The notes beneath the pieces are model-generated. The model was not told where the DNA came from and did not search any database. It worked only from the letters and a program-made list of their open reading frames with translations. From assembly GCF_009914755.1 (NCBI RefSeq), contig NC_060935.1: 64,000 nucleotides of DNA; one strand, 5' to 3'. Source of the stretch: the human T2T-CHM13v2.0 reference genome, Homo sapiens. Positions 57,133 to 64,000 of this stretch are shown here, one piece after another. Within the stretch, counting starts at the first letter, position 1; every line of letters begins with the position of its first letter. Both the position numbers and the translations under genes were made by a program.

Positions 57133-57775
57133 GCACCTAGCCTACTTCCTCAGCTGTGGTAAGTTCTCTTGCCTCCTCAAAAATAGTCCCTCTAACCTAC
57201 CTTTGCCTACCAGCCAGATACCTCAAAGGATAAAATCTCTCCATCCTCATTCACAAGGACCACTTCATGAGCAGTGAATGATTGGCTGTACAAATACCCA
57301 TGATCTTTGTTTCCATGGTTAATAATAGGAAACGAAGAAGGAAAATAGTCTAAAGCTGATGTATTTCCCAAGGTCTAGGCTAGCTATCATACGTTGAGCA
57401 TTTACTATGCACCAGAAACTGAACTAAGAACTTCATAAACATTATCTCATTTAATTCTTACAGAACCTTTGTATATAGATATTATTATATTCTAATTTTA
57501 AAGATAAAGAAACAAAGATTACAGAACTGTATGTTTTTTTTAGCACAGTTTTGTTTTACCTGAATTCCTATCTCTCATTCCCTTTTCTAGACAAGAAAAG
57601 AATCTGAGTGGTCCATTGACTCAGGATATGATTGGTTAACGTTGAACAATATTGATTAAAGACCCACTGTTCAGAGGACTAGATACTATGAGAAGAGCCA
57701 CAAGACTTAAATTTCTCATGAAGTTTGTACATGCCCTGAGGACATGGCACTTATAAGTATACATGTCAATACATT

Positions 57776-58168
57776 GTGTGGTGGGCATTAGGACTGTTCA
57801 CAGATATTCTCTTTTTTTTCTGGCACATGATAGGACTGTACTGTACCACCTACTTATGACCACGTGACTTGCTTTTTTCAATAGAATGTGAATCAGAAGT
57901 GATGTGTGTTATTTAATAGAAGAAGCATTAAGACTCTATTTCTCTGCTATATATCTTTCCCTCTCCCATGGAGATCAATAGCACTACGGATTGTGACTGC
58001 TCTGTCATCTGGGTCTCCAAAGTGAGAATAACAACAATGTAGAGCAGAGCTCCTAGATGACCTGCGGCAGACATCTAGTATTGTGAAATAATCCTTTGTT
58101 GTTTGAAGACTTTGAGGATTTGGGTATTGCTTGTTATTACAGCATAACCTAATCTATCCTGATTCATA
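57776..58168 (+). mobile_element. MLT1 (H/I/J-like) LTR
   Basis: Ends GATTTGGGTATTGCTTGTTATTACAGCATAACCTAATCTATCCTGA. Confidence 0.7.
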
Positions 58169-58546
58169 TGAAAGGAAGCAGTGCTAAGGGGAAGCAGTCC
58201 TATCATATCATTTATTGCATTAGAAAATGAAATAGTTGCAGATAGCCTGACCAGAAACACAAAATCAACTGTCCATAATTGACTTATCTTTCAACTTCCA
58301 ACCAAAATATGATAACAATAGTAAAACACATATCCAGTGTTTACTATAGGCCACTGTTCAAAATGTTTCATGAATATTTACTCATTTAGTCCTCATGACA
58401 ACCCTGTAAATAAGGTATTTTTATCTTCCTTTTATAGAGAAGGAAACTAAGCACAGAGAGATTAAATTGCCCAAGATCATACAGCTAATAAGCAAGGGGA
58501 GCTGGAATTTGAACTTCAGGAGTCTGATTCCCAAATGCATACCTTT

Positions 58547-59057
58547 TTTTTTTTTTTTTTTTAATTATACTTTAAGTTTTAGGGTACATGTGCACATTGT
58601 GCAGGTTAGTTACATATGTATACATGTGCCATGCTGGTGCGCTGCACCCACTAACTCGTCATCTAGCATTAGTTATATCTCCCAATGCTATCCCTCCCCC
58701 ACCCCACCACAGTCCCCAGAGTGTGATATTCCCCTTCCTGTGTCCATGTGATCTCATTGTTCAATTCCCACCTATGAGTGACAGCCATCCCATTACTGGG
58801 TATATACCCAAATGACTATAAATCATGCTGCTATAAAGACACATGCACACGTATGTTTATTGCGGCATTATTCACAATAGCAAAGACTTGGAACCAACCC
58901 AAATGTCCAACAATGATAGACTGGATTAAGAAAATGTGGCACATATACACCTTGGAATACTATGCAGCCATAAAAAATGATGAGTTCATGTCCTTTGTAG
59001 GGACATGGATGAAATTGGAAACCATCATTCTCAGTAAACTATCGCAAGAACAAAAAA
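58547..59057 (-). mobile_element. Young L1 (L1PA2-type, non-Ta) 5'-truncated and 5'-inverted insertion inside a MIR
   Basis: Poly(T) and reverse 3' UTR 58547-58781, forward ORF2 C-terminus 58782-59062; 16-bp TSD CCAAATGCATACCTTT at 58531-58546 and 59058-59073; GAG rather than ACA/ACG at the Ta diagnostic site. Confidence 0.96.
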
Positions 59058-59139
59058 CCAAATGCATACCTTTGACTACAAAGTTCTACTTCCTCTGCGT
59101 AACTCAAAACTTAAATTCCGGGAGCACAAAAGCTGCTTC

Positions 59140-59690
59140 AGAGTTGTAGAGAATATAGATTGCTCACCTCCTCCTCATAAAAGTCATCCCTCTCCTCCCT
59201 GTCCCTTTGCATCCAGAAATAGTACTCTGATTCCTTTGAGTAATTCCCTCTCTTCCACTTTCAGCCAACATGGCTTGGATGGGGTTGACACAAGTCCTGC
59301 TCTAAGGATACATCTGGATTGCCTTAAACCAGCCAGCCTGTTTTCTCTCTTGGATTGGTTTGGGGATTAGAGTCAGTGTGAAGAGGGGTTAGCTGGTGTT
59401 TCTAGGGAAAGGAAGGTTTCTTTCTCTACTATTGTAATTGGCAGAGTATGAGTGTGAAGCCTGCATCTGTAGCCACCTTAAAGCTCTGAGGGACATGATA
59501 GAAATTCACAGTGCTTGAAATGGAACCAACCCACAGGAAGCAAAGCCAAGAGCCAGATGCTACTGTCACTGTTTGAAGCCTGAATCAAGCCACACCTGAA
59601 GGCAGCTGTACCTGTGTACTTTTGAGTTTTATGAGCCAATTAATTTCTCTTTTTACCTTAATCCATTTTGAGTTGGTTTTCCTGTCACTT

Positions 59691-59725
<35 letters not shown>
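59140..59725 (+). mobile_element. MLT1K-like LTR with an A28 run near its 3' end
   Basis: GAGCCAATTAATTTCTCTTTTTACCTTAATCCATTTTGAGTTGGTTTTCCTGTCACTTACAGC then A28 (59696-59723). Confidence 0.65.
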
Positions 59726-59727
<2 letters not shown>

Positions 59728-60454
59728 AACCTATGGAAAAGTAAACAAAATGAACAAGAGCAACAGTAAAACACACAAAAATCTATGAGAGATATCAACT
59801 ATTCATTTCTGCTTAAGGGGTGAAGATCAATCTGAATTATCAAAATGACTGAATCCAACATTATTAAACAGCAAGACAAATAATAAAACAGCAACTCCAT
59901 TTCATCAGCTTTGGGAAATCTCTAAAAATGTATTCAATTGCAAAGGGAGGCACCCTGTAGATCTTAAATAGCTTGCTATACTTTTTTTTAAAAAGCAAAT
60001 GGCTAAGAATTATTTCTAACTGTTCACCTTTAGTCATTGTTGGAATACAAAAAACACTGTTCAAGCACTGTTTTAAAATTTGCTGGGTTTACTTCTTAGG
60101 ATGGCTAAGATGCATTCTGTTACATCATTAGGCCTTCTTTGTAAAAAAAAATAATAATTCTAGAGACCCTTTCATGGCAGAAATTATTATTTGTTGGTCA
60201 AATGACCCAAAGTGTGTATGAATTTAATGAAGTCTTTAAGTAATTTTTAATTTTATCTATCACAATAGCATTCATGTACATTTGGAAATTAGTCACATAA
60301 GGATGTACTGGCTCAGTTCACAGTTATGCGTACCCTACATATGGATCCTCAGGGCATTAAATAACTGTAATATTCCCTCCCCAGCTGATGCTGAAGCCCA
60401 GTTTCTTTCTAAGCTTTCCAATTATTGCAGTTGCTGATTTGGTATGATCTACAA

Positions 60455-60672
60455 CAGGAGTTGGAAAATATTTTCTCTACAGTCCCACATAGTAAATAGC
60501 TTATGCTTCATGGGTCATGTTGCAACCACTCAACTCCATTGTTACAGCCTGAAAGCAACCATAGGCAACACATGAACAAGCAAGCATGGCTGTTCTCCAA
60601 AGAATGCTTATTTCCAAAAACAGGTGGCTTGCCAGGTTTGGCTCAGAGGCCATGGTCTGTCTACACCTTATC
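60455..60672. mobile_element. MER58A
   Basis: CAGGAGTTGGAAAATATTTTCT...TTGCAACCACTCAACTCCATTGTTACAGCCTGAAAGCAACCATAGGCAAC. Confidence 0.75.
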
Positions 60673-62102
60673 TAAAATAACAACATTGTACTATTTTAGA
60701 TGTGTTGAGAAATTTCCTCAAACCTTGAGATTCTTGCTCCCTAAGTTGGAGTGGTTTTATGTGGCCAGACCATCTGACTTGGGGAAGAAAGCAAATATCT
60801 TGAATCGTACATCTTATGTCTTCCAGTTAGTGTTAACTATGATTACTAATCATTGTCAAATGAAGAGAGTATAAAAATAACAATTTAACATGTGCCAGAA
60901 CTGTGCTGTCGGCTTTATTTATACGACATCCTTGAGTACTTACAACACCACCAGAAAAGATGAATATGTAGAGATAGAAAACCCTCATGGGAAAAAGAAA
61001 ATTTATAGGTGTGAGACAATGAGTGCAATGGAAAGAACGTGAATTTTGGACAGATAAGACTTGATTTCAAGTCCTGGCTTCACTCCTCCATTCCATGTGA
61101 CCTTGGCCAGATTTTATACCTCTCTTGAGTTTCTTCATTCATAATTGAAAATATAAAACTATATGAGAAAATTATGTTGTAATTGTAATTTATAATATTA
61201 CCTATCTTTTAGAGACATGGTAAGGGTTTTTGAAGTGAGCAAAAAAATCATGTAGCACTGGAACATGGTAAGCACTCATTAAACCTGAGCCATTCCATGT
61301 GCTACACATAATGATAAAGCGACTTGCTGAAGGTCACATAGTAGTATGGGTGGAATTAGGATTGGCACTCCACCCCGACTGACTTCAAAGCTTGTGAACT
61401 TGCTACTGCATTGCACCGCCTCCCAGCTATAAATTTGAAGTGGTGTTATTCAACTCATGCATGGAAATTGCTCAGTGTATTAAAATATGAAATCTCCAAA
61501 GCCAGTCACATGAGGTGAGTCATCTCTGTTGGGCCATGGAAGCTGGGTGCATGTTTCTGGAAGTAAACATGATGTATCCAGCATATCTTGTGGCTGACGC
61601 TGCCATGTAATACTCGATTTGTCTTTCCTCTGCACGCAGACACTATGGGAAATACTCGTAACTTCTAAGTCTAGTTCAGATTCTCTTGGCTGCCGAATTC
61701 CGAAACAGTCATAAAATGTGATTTGCACTCCTAGACACTCAGGAATCTCTCCGTTACCTCAGAGAATCTGGCCACAAACAGGACTCAGAGTGGAAATTGC
61801 CCAACCTGTCTGCTATCACTCTCTTGAAAGAGACAGATCCGATCAGCATCTCTCAACTGTGACTCATGAGGTATTTTTGGCTATGTCAAGAACATTCTCA
61901 AACAAGGTACGTTTAATGTATACATTTTAGAGTTGGAAATGAATGGAGAGAACATCTAGATCTACACCCTCATTTTTCAAATGTGAAAATCAAGGCTCAG
62001 GGAAGTTAAATAACAAATCCAACACTTCTAGATTCCAGTCCCTGATCATTTCCCCACCCTAAATATAATCTGGGGTGGGGAGAGGGAGAGAGACACTTAA
62101 AC

Positions 62103-62301
62103 CAGGGTTACGAGATTTAGCAAATAAAACTACAGGAAGCCCAGTTAAATTTGAATTTCAGTAAAATAACAAATACTTTAAAAATATAAACATGTCCCAT
62201 GCAATAGTTGGGACAATGTTTGCAACATATTTATACTAAATAATTATTCTTTATCTGAAATTCAAATTTAACTGGGCATCCTGTATTTCACCTGGCACCT
62301 A
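62103..62301. mobile_element. MER53 (palindromic hAT MITE), copy 1
   Basis: CAGGGTTACGAGATTTAGCAAATAAAA...CCCAGTTAAATTTGAATTTCAG...CTGAAATTCAAATTTAACTGGG. Confidence 0.85.
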
Positions 62302-62835
62302 GTCCAATCAAATAAGCAATGCCAAATTTCTACCTTCTGAAAAATATTTGAAAGTGTCAAGTTAGAATCTGGCTTAAGTGGAAGGATAGAAAAAAAAAAA
62401 AAAAAAGAAAGTAAAGAAAAACCCTGAGTAGACAGGAAGAACTCAGGTGAAAATAATCAATGACTAGAAATGAAGTTAATGAAACCCAAGAAGAATAAGG
62501 AAGAAAGAAGAAAAGGAGGAAGGCAGAAAAAAACAGACCCCCTAGAAGGTGATGCTCTCTCCTTCATCTGAATCAGCTTGACAAAATAATGTTCAACCTA
62601 CTGTCTTTTTTTGCGTCCCCCATTCGCCACTTGTCCTTCCTGCTCCAGTGTTACTTTCCCTGCTATATACAACTACCTTCCTTCTTCTCTGCTAAAATTG
62701 TATTATATTTAAGTTGTAAATTTTAAGTCAAAGCCATACATTTAGATAATTTAAAACTTAAAGAGTACTGAAAAGCTTAAAAAGAAAAGCTCTAGTCCTT
62801 TTCCCCACCTCTAGGTTCTTTTGAGGAACCTAAAT

Positions 62836-63035
62836 TAGGGTAGCCAGATTTGGCAAATAAAGATACAAGATGCTCAGTTAAATTTGAATTGCAGGTAAAC
62901 AATAAATACCTTTAAATATAAACATGTTCCATGCAATAGTTGGGACAATGTTTACAATGTACTTATACTAAATAATGATTCTTTATCTGAAATTCAAATT
63001 TAAGTAGGTATCCTGCATTTTATCTGTCAAACCTA
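62836..63035. mobile_element. MER53, copy 2
   Basis: TAGGGTAGCCAGATTTGGCAAATAAA...TATCTGTCAAACCTA; TSD ACCTAAAT/CCCTAAAT. Confidence 0.85.
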
Positions 63036-63118
63036 CCCTAAATCAAATAAGCCATACTAAGATTTCTGTCTTCCAAAAATATTTGAAAAACTACTTTTAA
63101 ACTTCGTATCTATTTCAA

Positions 63119-63231
63119 AGGTGACCAGCAGTTCCCTTTTCCCCAGAACTGAAGTGTTTCCTGAGATGGGGGACTGTTGGTGGTAAAACCAAGACAGTCT
63201 TAAATAAACATGTATTATTCGTTGGTCACCT
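63119..63231. mobile_element. MER94-like (hAT-Blackjack)
   Basis: Terminal inverted AGGTGACCA...TGGTCACCT. Confidence 0.65.
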
Positions 63232-64000
63232 CATTTCTTATGTTAAAGATATTTCCATCTCACTAAACAATAAACCTTATTTTTGCTTATCAGTTTGAGA
63301 CATTATCGTTAATTTCCTACTTTGAGAAGTGAGTATCTGTTTTGGTTATTTTTAAACGGTTGGTACAAAACCGTTTCCACATAGCACAAGTTCACCAATT
63401 TGGCCTAAAAGCCTTCAGAGAGTAGCTTCAGAGAGAATGTGTTTTCTCTAATCAGAGAAAACAAGAATTATGTTGTGTGAGTGTCAAGTTGCCATTTTAT
63501 TGTCCCACTGAAATGCTTTCCCCCACCTAGGAATCCTTTTAAATTTTCTTAACTTTAATTGCCTTTTTCCCCCCACAAAGAAGTCAATTTAAATTAAACA
63601 GAATCCATCACTGTGATAATTTTTTAATGAGTAAAGATAATGTACTCTACAGAAATTGAAATAAGGTGTTCCCAGGATCATTTGCGAAGTCTCACAAAGT
63701 CCTCCTAAGAGTCAGCTGAAATTAATGAATCTCAGTCTCAGGACCGTCAATGCCATGTAACTGAGGGCTAGGTTCAATGGAAAAAAACCACACACAATAA
63801 TAATAGTTACACTTTCCAATTTGAGCATTTAGCTCCTTTCGTTCCAAGATCCTGAGGAATTTTATAAACATTAATTAAGCTCACAGGTGTGATTTATTAG
63901 ATTAACTCACTGATAGACATCAAGGACTTTTTAATAAAGCTGGATTAAAAAGAGGAATAAATTAACATCCCAGGAAGATTTCCATGCTGGGGTGGAGCCC

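Overview
This window is hominid (most likely human) nuclear DNA from an AT-rich, repeat-dense intergenic or long-intron region. I find no credible protein-coding gene, RNA gene, CpG island, CRISPR array or prokaryotic system. The only protein-like ORFs in the track are decayed L1 ORF1/ORF2 pieces; the rest come from Alu, microsatellite or random sequence. Repeats include a near-full-length old L1PA (8.05-13.9 kb) carrying two Alus, a young 5'-inverted L1PA2-type insertion with a 16-bp TSD (58.5-59.1 kb), older L1M fragments, eight Alus, THE1/MLT1/LTR16 LTRs, DNA-transposon relics (Tigger7, ORSL, MER1B, MER5A, MER30, MER45A, MER53, MER58A, MER91, MER94) and many MIR/L2 fragments. The most unusual structure is a pair of locally templated inverted duplications. 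One is a ~283-bp, ~94%-identical inverted copy 8 kb away (19.5 kb vs 27.8-28.1 kb), which also preserves ~70 bp lost from its donor. The other is a ~108-bp, ~93%-identical inverted copy sitting where that sequence was lost. Also notable: a Deu-domain (AmnSINE-like) relic at 14.4-14.6 kb, a duplicated MER53 plus flank, and several candidate splice or enhancer elements that are hypotheses only. Repeat family names come from recalled consensus sequences, not a database search.
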